In this document: piece after piece, positions 40,045 to 49,437 of the stretch
Layout: every line of letters begins with the position of its first letter
Numbering within the stretch: position 1 is the stretch's first letter
The notes under the pieces: generated by a model
The model's input: the letters and a program-made list of their open reading frames with translations, nothing else
Databases searched by the model: none
What the model was told of the DNA's origin: nothing
NCBI GenBank assembly: GCA_965197475.1
Contig: CBDANF010000003.1
Coordinates: forward strand, 2,240,001 to 2,304,000
Origin: Candidatus Poribacteria bacterium
GTDB lineage: Bacteria; Poribacteria; WGA-4E; WGA-3G
DNA length: 64,000 bases
Direction of reading: 5' to 3'
Program-made: the position numbers and the translations under genes

Positions 40045-41030
40045 CGCTCATGTCAAGAGTAAGTGCTTTTGACGAGTTTTGCTATAAAATCAACACTGAC
40101 AGCTTTTAGATTCATGACGAACTCACAGATTGCGACGTAACCGGCGAGGAACTTTTTATGAACGCCACGAAAGGGACGAAGGAAGTTTCGCAGCGTCGTC
40201 CAGGCACCTTCAATCGTCCTTGTATGGATCTCGTAAAGACCATCACCGTCTGCGTCTCTTGCCCACTCGCCATCCTTATGGAGAACAATCTCACGGGCGC
40301 GCTGAATACGGTTATAGCCACGCCAACCATCCGTATACACCGTTGAAGTCGGCAACGTCCACTGATGAACGTGTGTTGAAAGCGTCGCAGAATCGGTGTG
40401 CCGCACAACACGTAATCTCAGGAGACCGCTTTCGCGACCTTTCGTCCCAACAATAGGCGGACGATCATTGTCATAAGTCCCATGTCCCCTGCGTTTATTG
40501 CCACGCCGACGCGGCGGATCCGAAGCATCAACGTGCTTATCGCCTTTTTCACCGGCGTTTTGAAACATCTCATCTGTTTCGACTTCAGCATCAGGTAAAG
40601 CAGCTTCGGGTTGTATCTGCTCTGCCGAAGTTTGGAGTTTACGTCTTATAGAAAGAACGGTTTGACGACTTAGACCCAGTTCACACCCGAGTTGTGCACT
40701 TGAAACACCTTGACAGACACCGCGCAAAAGCAGAACGACCTGTGAGGGACGAAACTGCGTGCCAGCAAAGACCGTCCCGGTATAGAGGTTGTAGATGCTC
40801 TCACAGTGTTTGCAGCGATACACTTGTAGACCACTTGTTTCAGTCGGACGGAACTTGCGTGCCTCCGCCACGCTCGCTTGGCATTTTGGGCAACACAGCC
40901 CTTGAAGGTGGAAATGATCCAACACCCACGCTTGAGTTTTTTCTTCATCCAGGAGAGATTGTATTGGAAAGTCCATAGGTAACACGCTAACATAACTTTG
41001 AAAAAATAGCACTTACTTTTTACATGAGCC
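40045..41030 (-). mobile_element. IS1595-family insertion sequence (transposase 40053-40976)
   Basis: CPKC/CKHC zinc ribbon, ETDEMF, YTDGW..Y, TIEGAW. IRs CGCTCATGTCAAGAGTAAGTGCT / GGCTCATGTAAAAAGTAAGTGCT; direct repeat AAGGGTCTC at 40036-40044 and 41031-41039. Confidence 0.93.
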
Positions 41031-41571
41031 AAGGGTCTCTTTCATGAAGTATATCTTAAATCAGACAAAAGGACTCCAGAATTTCATCTTTTATATAAGT
41101 TCAAAAGGTTTAGTTAATTCCTTTTCAACAAGACAATCCCATTTTTTACACTTAATCTACAATAATCCAAGATTCAGATAGAAAAATAATGAATTACCTT
41201 TGATAGCCACTTCAATTTAAACTTTTGACAAACTTTTTACACACCCTATATTTACAGAAAGGCATTCAGCTATCGGTTTCAAGGTTACAAACCTCCAGAT
41301 ATAAATACTTCAAATTAACTTGAAATATCATGAAACGTTTGGTATTATCTTTCGCAATGAGTAGTTTTGGACTTGAGAAAAATTTTAAAAAATCGCTATA
41401 AAGCCTTGTGTCCACTGGGTTTATATGGTATAATATAGATAAGAAAATAGGGGGTTGGTAGCCCCCTAAATGAACACAAAAAGCGAGTTGCTTTTTGACG
41501 GTTCTAATCTTATCTGGTATTATATCAGAAATCCGTCAGAAAAAGCAACTCCTATTTCAAGGAGTTATCTG

Positions 41572-42453
41572 ATGGATTTGTTGAAGGTGATGGAGCGTTT
41601 TCCCGATCAAGAGAGTTGTATTTCGCATTTAGAGAAGATTCGGTGGCGAGGTAAACCTGTGTGTCCGCATTGTGAAAGCGATCATATAGGAGAACGGACA
41701 GAAACAGAAATCGGTCGTATCGGTCGTTGGAACTGCCACGAGTGCCAAGTGAGTTTCAAGGTGACGTGCAGGTCGGTGTTTCACGGGACAAAGATAGCGT
41801 TACAGAAGTGGTTTTTGGCTATTTCGTTGATAACGAATGCGAAGAAAAGTTTGTCAAGTCATCAACTTGCGCGCGATTTAGACTTGAATCAAAAGACAGC
41901 ATGGTATATCATGACTCGTATCCGTGCTGAAATGGCAAAGAAAGGTAACGTGCTACTACAAGGCATCATAGAGGCAGATGAAACTTACATCGGGGGTAAA
42001 CCTCGTAAGCCTAATAAGAAGGAAGACCACGTGCCTGCCAAGCGTGGACGTGGAACAGAGAAAGACGCTATTATCGGGGCAGTACAGCGGGGCGGGAAAG
42101 TTGTAGCACAACTCGCTAAAGATTTGACAGGACGGACTATTTTAGACTTTATCCGAAGAGTCGTCAAAGTTGAGGATTCGGAGTTGATGACCGATGAGTA
42201 TAAGGCGTATCTCGCTATCGGCAAGGAGATGAAACACCATATCATAGATCATCAAACGCAATTTGTTGAGGGTGATGTCCACACAAACACAATTGAGGGG
42301 TTTTGGAGTCTACTCAAACGAGCTTGGTATGGAAGTCATCACCACTACTGGACTGAATATACGCCCCTGTATGTAGCAGAGGCGTGCTATAAATACAACT
42401 ATAGGAGCATTGACAGTATCTTTGATAAGTTTGTTAATGAAAGTATGCGGTGA
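41572..42453 (+). CDS. IS1595-family transposase
   Basis: CPHC/CHEC, IEADETYIGG, MTDEY..Y, HTNTIEGFWSLLKR; AAGGAG RBS before ATG 41572. Confidence 0.93.
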   Translation: MDLLKVMERFPDQESCISHLEKIRWRGKPVCPHCESDHIGERTETEIGRIGRWNCHECQVSFKVTCRSVFHGTKIALQKWFLAISLITNAKKSLSSHQLARDLDLNQKTAWYIMTRIRAEMAKKGNVLLQGIIEADETYIGGKPRKPNKKEDHVPAKRGRGTEKDAIIGAVQRGGKVVAQLAKDLTGRTILDFIRRVVKVEDSELMTDEYKAYLAIGKEMKHHIIDHQTQFVEGDVHTNTIEGFWSLLKRAWYGSHHHYWTEYTPLYVAEACYKYNYRSIDSIFDKFVNESMR

Positions 42454-42462
42454 TGGACACAA

Positions 42463-42735
42463 CTAAAGGTATGCCTTATCAATCTTGTTCTTTTTGTCAT
42501 CAGGATTTGAGGGAAAATGCTGTGGAAGTTCAAAAGTTGGCTTTCCATCTTTCAGAGCATCGATCATGTCAAGAGCAAATTCCAACCTCTCATTGTCCGT
42601 GTCAAAAGGTTTCTGAATCACTACGCGAAAATTTGTATCAAGTTTTACAAGGGCGAGTTCTACAAAACTCTCTGTATGTAAGGCTAAAAGTGAAAAATCA
42701 ACAGGATCGGAAGGCGGCTTGAATATTACCCACAT
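42463..42735 (-). CDS. Hypothetical passenger protein
   Basis: 90 aa ORF with AAGGAG RBS, inside the element IRs. Confidence 0.55.
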   Translation of the reverse strand: MWVIFKPPSDPVDFSLLALHTESFVELALVKLDTNFRVVIQKPFDTDNERLEFALDMIDALKDGKPTFELPQHFPSNPDDKKNKIDKAYL

Positions 42736-42758
42736 GGGTTTAGTCTCCTTTGGGGTTA

Positions 42759-42778
42759 GAGGGGACAGAGTCCCCTCG
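42759..42778. terminator. GC hairpin between passenger genes
   Basis: GAGGGGAC-AGA-GTCCCCTC. Confidence 0.45.
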
Positions 42779-42791
42779 TTGGTTGGAATTG

Positions 42792-43173
42792 CTAATACCC
42801 GTATGGAGAATCAGCAGCTGAAATTAAAATTATCCAAAGTCCCACCATAGTGCCAGTTCCAATAACACATCCTATTGTAGCATGTGTTATTTGGTCGTTT
42901 TTCACAAGTTTTTGATAAATGCTTGTGTAATAAGCAACATATTCTGGTGATTTTCCAAGCAATTTTTCTGGTAGTACCGTTGGTGTGACAACATACGCAA
43001 TTAACATACCGGTAACACCAAGTAGACAACCAACAGTTCCCCATATTTGAGTGTTTGCAAGTGTTGCATCACGTCGTGCATCAAATTTGCGCAGCATCAC
43101 TTGTTTGTTGTGCAAGTGTGAGATATGGCGTAGTGAATAACATCACAACCATTATAAACGACAAAGTTTTCAT
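42792..43173 (-). CDS. Hypothetical secreted/membrane passenger protein, frameshifted near 43090
   Basis: Signal peptide MKTLSFIMVVMLFTTPYLTLAQQ from ATG 43173 is out of frame with the 2-TM ORF ending at 42792. Confidence 0.55.
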
Positions 43174-43203
43174 CAATGTTCCTTTTGTGAGGTAAAATGT
43201 GTA

Positions 43204-43230
43204 TGTAGGGGATCAAAAGACCCCCTACAT
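43204..43230. terminator. Hairpin downstream of the 43 aa passenger gene
   Basis: TGTAGGGG...CCCCTACA stem. Confidence 0.45.
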
Positions 43231-43243
43231 GTTTGCAAGCGGA

Positions 43244-43375
43244 TTATTTACACCGCTTGTGAGGTTTGACAGTTTCTTTCACCGTTGTGGCGGGACGGCG
43301 TTTGTCCGTGCCTTTGGGAAGGAACCGTCTGTCTTTGGCATCGCGTACACGCGTGCCAGTGGCTTTTTTAGCCAT
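43244..43375 (-). CDS. 43 aa basic small protein (not in ORF track)
   Basis: MAKKATGTRVRDAKDRRFLPKGTDKRRPATTVKETVKPHKRCK*, GAGGT RBS, followed by a hairpin. Confidence 0.6.
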   Translation of the reverse strand: MAKKATGTRVRDAKDRRFLPKGTDKRRPATTVKETVKPHKRCK

Positions 43376-43402
43376 AGTATACCTCAACTACTCATTGCGA
43401 AA

Positions 43403-43740
43403 ATAAATGGCAGCATATTGCCGTTTCTTTTCAGAGGGCAGAGTGGTGGACGGTATATCTTGATGGTGAGGTGTTAATTGATCATCCGCGACAAAATGGC
43501 AAATTATTTCCTGTTGAATCACCACTACTGCTGGGAACTGAAGAACCGCTTGATTTAAATCGTTATTATAATGGCGATATGGATGAATTCGCGATTTTTA
43601 ACCATGGGCTTTCTGAAAAAGAAATTAAAAAGATTCAGAGAGGTATTGAGGATATCTTGGCAGTTGAGCCTAATGCTAAATTGTCAACAACATGGGCAAA
43701 CCTGAAACAGAAATACAACATTCGTGGTGTGTCAAATTGA
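43403..43740 (+). pseudogene. 3' remnant of a LamG/ConA-like domain protein, truncated at the IS end
   Basis: KWQHIAVSF...TVYLDG...YYNGDMDEFAIFNHGLSEKEI...AVEPNAKLSTTWANLK; the 5' part is missing. Confidence 0.8.
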
Positions 43741-43825
43741 CATTAGCAATCAAAAGTTTTATTGAGGCTAAAACTGCCAATTTGGCACACTTACTGTGAA
43801 AACCACTTAATCTAAAGGATTAATG

Positions 43826-43841
43826 TTGGCATAAATATTGC
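43826..43841 (+). promoter_or_regulatory. Putative sigma54 (-24/-12) promoter
   Basis: TTGGCATAAATATTGC, GG-N10-GC, about 50 bp upstream of ATG 43894. Confidence 0.5.
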
Positions 43842-43893
43842 GTTAATATTTTAGTTTAGCAATATCCTTTCAATCAAATGAGGAAATCTGACC

Positions 43894-45792
43894 ATGAAAA
43901 TCATACGTTTATTTGTAACAATAACTGTTTTCTTAACTATTTTGCTTCTAAGTTTCGCAGAGGAATCGGAACCGGAAAAGTATATAGTCAGAACTGTTTA
44001 CTTTCTCCCCAAAGGCCGTGAACCTCGGAAAGACATAGACGCGAAAATAGATAATATGCTAAAACGGGTGAATACGTTTTATGCGGACCAGATGGAAAAC
44101 TACGGGTACGATAGAAAAACGTTCCGGTATGAAGCCGATCCAGACGGTAAAGCTGTGGTACATCATATCGTAGGAAAAAAAGATGACGCACAATATCGAA
44201 AAAATCCTGCAAGTTCGTTTGGTGAATTTGCTAAAAAGATTCAAACACCGAATACTATATTATTAGTTTTCATAGATGTTAGTGGGGGCACAATAGGCGG
44301 CAATGCGTGTGGGGTGACTTATTCAGGCGGACGTATACTTATCCCCGCCTACGGTGGTTGTTTTAATTGGATAACCACTGCCCATGAACTCGGACACACC
44401 TTTCTGTTACAACATGATTTCCGAAACGGTAGTTATATCATGTCCTACGGTCCAGGTCCCCAAAACAAAATTTCTCAATGTGCTGCAGAGTGGTTAGATG
44501 TTCATCCTTACTTCAATCCTAATCGAATTAAGTCTAACAAACGCGGCCAGATTAAAATGCTTTCATCATCAATCGCGTATCCACCGAATGATGTCCATAC
44601 CTTTTTTGAGATAACAGACCCTGATGGACTCTATCATGTCCGATTTTTGCACGGGTATCTGACTATGCATAGTTGTAAGTCCTTAGAGGGCGAGAGAGAG
44701 ATCGTTAAATTCACTACGCCTGTCCAAACATTAGAGACTGACAGAGTAAATGTTCAGGTTGCTGATGTCAATGGACACATCACATGGGGAGGAGGGTTTT
44801 CGTTTAAGAATTTGGAGCCGACTCTGATATTAGACATTTCTGGTGGGGTCACAGATGTGCCAGATAAAAGCTACACTAGCATTCGCGGTCCTTGGCTTTG
44901 GATGATTGCGCCAACTAAACAAAATCAGGGCGGAAAGGATTCAACTCATATTGATTCTTTAGCAGTTGTCAGTGCCAATACGGTTAATGAAGAAACAGTA
45001 TCTAAACACGGTGCAAATGAAGGAGACACCGTCGGTAATTATGCGTGGACGATCGGTGAAATTCCTCCAAATGGAAATATCAACACGATGCTCGTCAATA
45101 TAGGAACGACAGAAAACACCGATCTTGACGATTTTACGTCTTATGCGTTCACTACACTTGTCTCGGAAACAGACCAACCCAATGTCCTGATGAGAGTTGG
45201 GAGTGACGATTCTATAAAAGTTTGGCTTAACGGTCAAGTCGTTTGGAGTAACGCAACAAACCGATCCTATAGGAAAAACGATGATGTTTTCCCTGTTAAC
45301 CTGAAAAAAGGTGATAATCTCTTGCTCGTGAAGGTTAGTGACCGGTCCGGCTCTTGGGGCATGCATGTTGGAGTGGATGCTCAGGTATTCCCTGTCTATA
45401 GAGTTCCAACAACTAATCCTGTTTACGGTGTTGCTTTAGGATGTGTGTGCAATGTGACACCTGAAATAATAAATGCAAGTGCAGATATTAAGTATATCGT
45501 TACACTCATGAACACTGGCAACACAAAAGACACAATATACTTAACGACATCAAGCAGTATCCCGTATCTACGTAGTAAGAAAGAACCTGATCAAGATAAT
45601 CTATTGACCGGTTCAACATTCAGTTCGGTGTCGGTATCGCTTGCTCCCGGTGCTTCTTCAAAAATGACATACTTGGTCCCAGCGTTTGTGCGTGAGACTG
45701 CTGGTGATTATGTCGTTTACATCACAGCCACTTCGAAGAGTGATAACACGAAAAAAGATCATATCACAGTCAATACTACTATTAAACCCTGA
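43894..45792 (+). CDS. Secreted zinc metallopeptidase (metzincin-like) with jelly-roll and Ig-like modules
   Basis: Signal peptide; AHELGHTFLLQHD plus Met-turn YIMSY; GSDDSIKVWLNG...LKKGDNLLLVKV module; NTGNTKDT...SLAPGAS module. Confidence 0.8.
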   Translation: MKIIRLFVTITVFLTILLLSFAEESEPEKYIVRTVYFLPKGREPRKDIDAKIDNMLKRVNTFYADQMENYGYDRKTFRYEADPDGKAVVHHIVGKKDDAQYRKNPASSFGEFAKKIQTPNTILLVFIDVSGGTIGGNACGVTYSGGRILIPAYGGCFNWITTAHELGHTFLLQHDFRNGSYIMSYGPGPQNKISQCAAEWLDVHPYFNPNRIKSNKRGQIKMLSSSIAYPPNDVHTFFEITDPDGLYHVRFLHGYLTMHSCKSLEGEREIVKFTTPVQTLETDRVNVQVADVNGHITWGGGFSFKNLEPTLILDISGGVTDVPDKSYTSIRGPWLWMIAPTKQNQGGKDSTHIDSLAVVSANTVNEETVSKHGANEGDTVGNYAWTIGEIPPNGNINTMLVNIGTTENTDLDDFTSYAFTTLVSETDQPNVLMRVGSDDSIKVWLNGQVVWSNATNRSYRKNDDVFPVNLKKGDNLLLVKVSDRSGSWGMHVGVDAQVFPVYRVPTTNPVYGVALGCVCNVTPEIINASADIKYIVTLMNTGNTKDTIYLTTSSSIPYLRSKKEPDQDNLLTGSTFSSVSVSLAPGASSKMTYLVPAFVRETAGDYVVYITATSKSDNTKKDHITVNTTIKP

Positions 45793-45861
45793 CCTCTACA
45801 GAAGACAGGGTTATTTAGTTTTAAAAATTATCAGTTGATGAGTGTTACTGATAGTTTATTT

Positions 45862-45893
45862 CGTCCGTCGGGTAGAGCGGTATTGAAACCCAC
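45862..45893 (+). repeat. REP-like unit related to 10095-10122
   Basis: CGTCCGTCGGGTAGAGC...GAAACCCA. Confidence 0.55.
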
Positions 45894-45935
45894 AAGAACT
45901 AAACGTGTCTAAATCAACGTTTAAAGGAGAACATA

Positions 45936-48900
45936 ATGAAATACATACAATTTTTGGCGATCTTCTCTATACTGATAACTTGTTTACAACATAGTTTCGC
46001 GCAAGAAAATAAACCGAAAGCAAACTACGTAAAGGCACTATACTTTAGACCTAATGATCGTTCAGCAAAAAAGAACATAGACGATGATATTGACAAACTA
46101 ATGAAACACGCTCAAAAGTTCTATGCCGATAATATGGAAAAACACGGCTTCGGCAAAAAAACATTTGAACTTGAAACTGATAAAAACGGTAAAACAATCG
46201 TGCATCACATAATAGGCGACAATAACTACGAATTCTACAAAAAAGACGAACCTAAAATATCAAGATTTTTTGATAAAATAAAGCACACAGACCATATCCA
46301 AGTAGCATTCATAGATGTACCAGGAATTGGATTATGTGGAATAGCATTCGGACTACGCGCATTTGTCAACGCCAACGGTTACTGTTTTAACTGGAACGCA
46401 GTAGCACACGAACTTGGACACACCTTCGGATTACCTCACGATTGGCGCAGCGGTAGGTATATCATGTCTTACGGCCCAGGTCCCCAAGACAAAATATCTG
46501 AAGCGGCAGCTCTATGGTTGGATGTTCATCCATATTTCAATAAGCACAGAGTTGATGCTGAAGACCGCACCTCTACGTCACCTCCACAGATTAAGGATCT
46601 ACCGGTTATTGCGTATCCACCGGATGTTTACCACGCCTATTTTGAGGTGACTGATGATGGACTCCATCACGCTCAGCTGCAGTCTCTACCGTCCTGGAGA
46701 AAAAATGAGTTGTCAATGCATGGATCTCAAACCTTGCAAGGAGAGAGAGATTTCGTTGAATACATTTCTGCGGGGAAAGGTGCTAGACTTACTGTTATGG
46801 ATGTTTATGGGAACAGTAATTCAAAGTGGATTTCGTTCAAAGATGTAAAGCCGAGTCTGATATTAGACATTTCTGGTCAGGTCACAGATGTACCTGATCG
46901 ACTCTATAGTAACATTCGTGGTCCATGGCTCTGGATGATTGCGCCGACTAAACAAGATCAAGGTGGAAAGGATTCAACTCATATTGATTCTTTAGCAGTT
47001 GTCAGTGCCAATACGGTTAATGAAGAAACAGTATCTAAATACGGTGCAAATGTAGGAGACACCGTCGGAGAATATACGTGGGCACTCGGTGAAATTCCTG
47101 CAAATGGAAATGTCAACACGATGCTCGTGAATATAGATATGACAGAAAACACCGATCTTGACGATGTTACGTCTTATGCGCTCACTACACTTGTGTCAGA
47201 AACGGATAAACCCAATGTAATGATGAGAGTTGGGAGTGACGATTCTATAAAAGCTTGGCTTAACGGTGAAGTCGTTTGGAGTAACGCAACAAACCGATCC
47301 TATAGAAAAAACGATGATGTTTTCCAAGTTAACCTGAAAAAAGGCGATAATCTCTTGCTTGTGAAGGTTAGCGAGCGGCGCGGCACATGGGGCATGCATG
47401 TTGGAGTAGATGCTGAGGTATTCCCTGTCTATAGAGTTCCAACGACTACTCCTGTTTATGGTGTTGCTATAGGAGGTGTGTGCAATTTGACACCTGAAAT
47501 ATGCAATGCAAGTGCAGATATTGAGTATATCCTTACAGTGATGAACACTGGCAATACAAAAGACACAATAAAATTGGCAACATCAGGCAATACCACTTAT
47601 CTACGTAGTAAGAAGGAATTTGGTGACAACGATGTATTGACTGATACGACATTGAGTCCAGTATCTGTATCGCTTGCTCCCGGTGCTTCTTCAAAAGTGG
47701 CATTGGTGGTTCCGGGGTTTGTGCGTGCTACTGCTGGCGATTATGAGGTCAAAGTCACAGCTGCTTCAAAAAGCGATAGCACAAAAACCGCTCAAATTAA
47801 AACTACTGCTACCATTAAGCCTTTTCACGGTGTCGTTTTAGCAGGTGTGGACGACTTGACTACTAAGACGATTGATGTGAATATAGATGTTAAGTACGCC
47901 CTTACAGTGACAAACACTGGCAATATTAACGATACAATAAAATTGGCAACATCAGGCAAGGTAACCTCAACACTAAGTCAGAAATCTGTATCGCTTGCTC
48001 CTGGTGCTTCTTCAAAAATAACATTGACGATTTCGGGTACAGCACTTGCTACTACTGGTGATTATACGACTAATGTTATAGCCACTTCAGAAGGTGATGA
48101 CACGAAGACAGATCAAATCAAAACCATCACCAATGTTCATTCAGATACTGTCCCTGATGCAGAAAATATTGTGGATCCTCCAGTGATGCCGATTTATAAA
48201 GTCTATAATAGCATTCGTGGTCCGTGGCTCTGGATGATTGCGCCAACTAAACAAAATCAAGGTGGAAAGGATTCAACGCATATTGATTCTTTGGCAGTTG
48301 TCAGTGCCAATACGGTTAATGAAGAAACAACATCTAAATACGGTGCAAATGAAGGAGACACCGTCGGAGATTATGCGTGGACGCTCGGTGAAATTCCTCC
48401 AAATGGAAATATAAACACGATGCTCGTCAATATAGGGACGACAGAAAACACCGATCTTGACAATTTTACGTCTTATGCGCTCATTACACTTGTGTCGGAA
48501 ACGGATCAACCCAATGTAATGATGAGAGTTGCAAGTGACGATTCTATAAAAGTTTGGCTTAACGGTGAAGTCGTTTGGAGTAACGCAACAAACCGTGGCC
48601 ATAACGACACCGTAGATATTTTTCCGGTTAACTTAAAAAAAGGTGATAATCTCTTGCTTGTAAAGGTTAGCGAACGGCAAGGAATATGGGGCATGCATGT
48701 TGGAGTGGATACTGAGATATTCCCTGTCTATAGAGTTCCACCGACTACTCCTGTTTATGGTGTTGCTATAGGAGGTGTGAGCAATTTAACAACTGAAGCA
48801 ACGGATGCAAGGACAGGTATCAAGTATATTTTTAAAGTCACAAATACCGGCAATACAAAAGATACGATAAAATTAGCAACGGCAGGTAATGTCACTGCAA

Positions 48901-49076
48901 TGTTAAGTCAACCCTCAGTATGGCTTGCGCCTGGTGTTTCTTCAAAAGTGACGTTGACGATTCCGGCTACTGCACTTGCCGCTGTCGGTGATTATGAGGT
49001 CAAAGTCGCAGCCACTTCGGAAAGTGATAGCGCGAAAACAGACCAAATTACAACCAAAACCACTATTAAACCCTGA
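45936..49076 (+). CDS. Secreted zinc metallopeptidase paralogue with two jelly-roll and three Ig-like modules
   Basis: Signal peptide; AHELGHTFGLPHD, YIMSY; repeated modules start at 46914 and 48213. Confidence 0.8.
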   Translation: MKYIQFLAIFSILITCLQHSFAQENKPKANYVKALYFRPNDRSAKKNIDDDIDKLMKHAQKFYADNMEKHGFGKKTFELETDKNGKTIVHHIIGDNNYEFYKKDEPKISRFFDKIKHTDHIQVAFIDVPGIGLCGIAFGLRAFVNANGYCFNWNAVAHELGHTFGLPHDWRSGRYIMSYGPGPQDKISEAAALWLDVHPYFNKHRVDAEDRTSTSPPQIKDLPVIAYPPDVYHAYFEVTDDGLHHAQLQSLPSWRKNELSMHGSQTLQGERDFVEYISAGKGARLTVMDVYGNSNSKWISFKDVKPSLILDISGQVTDVPDRLYSNIRGPWLWMIAPTKQDQGGKDSTHIDSLAVVSANTVNEETVSKYGANVGDTVGEYTWALGEIPANGNVNTMLVNIDMTENTDLDDVTSYALTTLVSETDKPNVMMRVGSDDSIKAWLNGEVVWSNATNRSYRKNDDVFQVNLKKGDNLLLVKVSERRGTWGMHVGVDAEVFPVYRVPTTTPVYGVAIGGVCNLTPEICNASADIEYILTVMNTGNTKDTIKLATSGNTTYLRSKKEFGDNDVLTDTTLSPVSVSLAPGASSKVALVVPGFVRATAGDYEVKVTAASKSDSTKTAQIKTTATIKPFHGVVLAGVDDLTTKTIDVNIDVKYALTVTNTGNINDTIKLATSGKVTSTLSQKSVSLAPGASSKITLTISGTALATTGDYTTNVIATSEGDDTKTDQIKTITNVHSDTVPDAENIVDPPVMPIYKVYNSIRGPWLWMIAPTKQNQGGKDSTHIDSLAVVSANTVNEETTSKYGANEGDTVGDYAWTLGEIPPNGNINTMLVNIGTTENTDLDNFTSYALITLVSETDQPNVMMRVASDDSIKVWLNGEVVWSNATNRGHNDTVDIFPVNLKKGDNLLLVKVSERQGIWGMHVGVDTEIFPVYRVPPTTPVYGVAIGGVSNLTTEATDARTGIKYIFKVTNTGNTKDTIKLATAGNVTAMLSQPSVWLAPGVSSKVTLTIPATALAAVGDYEVKVAATSESDSAKTDQITTKTTIKP

Positions 49077-49437
49077 CCGCAGCAAGGCGATAGCACGAAA
49101 ACCGTGCAAATTACAACTACAATACCAGAAAACTTCTACTATGGCACCTCAATGCTGATTGACATTGGAGATTTTAAATTGGCTGGTTGCCTCACATTCT
49201 GGCGAACACAGGCGGATGGTGGGCAACTGGTCAGTAATAAAGAGGTCTGTCTGTGATAAAACAAGCTAAACTTATTGATAAATGTATTCTGTACCTAATT
49301 GTGTTTACTTATGAAGTGAATTATCATCTTTTAATCTACGCAAACAGGAAAGGACAAACGAATTTTCTGTTCGGACACACTAAATATTTACGTTAAACTT
49401 ACGTTAGAATTAAACGATTTATAAATTGGAGATAAAA

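Larger units (their letters stand above)
41350..43402 (+). mobile_element. IS1595-family element with passenger genes
   Basis: Perfect 17-bp IR TTTCGCAATGAGTAGTT (41350-41366) / AACTACTCATTGCGAAA (43386-43402) enclosing a transposase and three opposite-strand ORFs. Confidence 0.85.

Noticed and set aside
49100-49437. CIRCE operator upstream of dnaK
   Set aside because: No TTAGCACTC-N9-GAGTGCTAA match was found.
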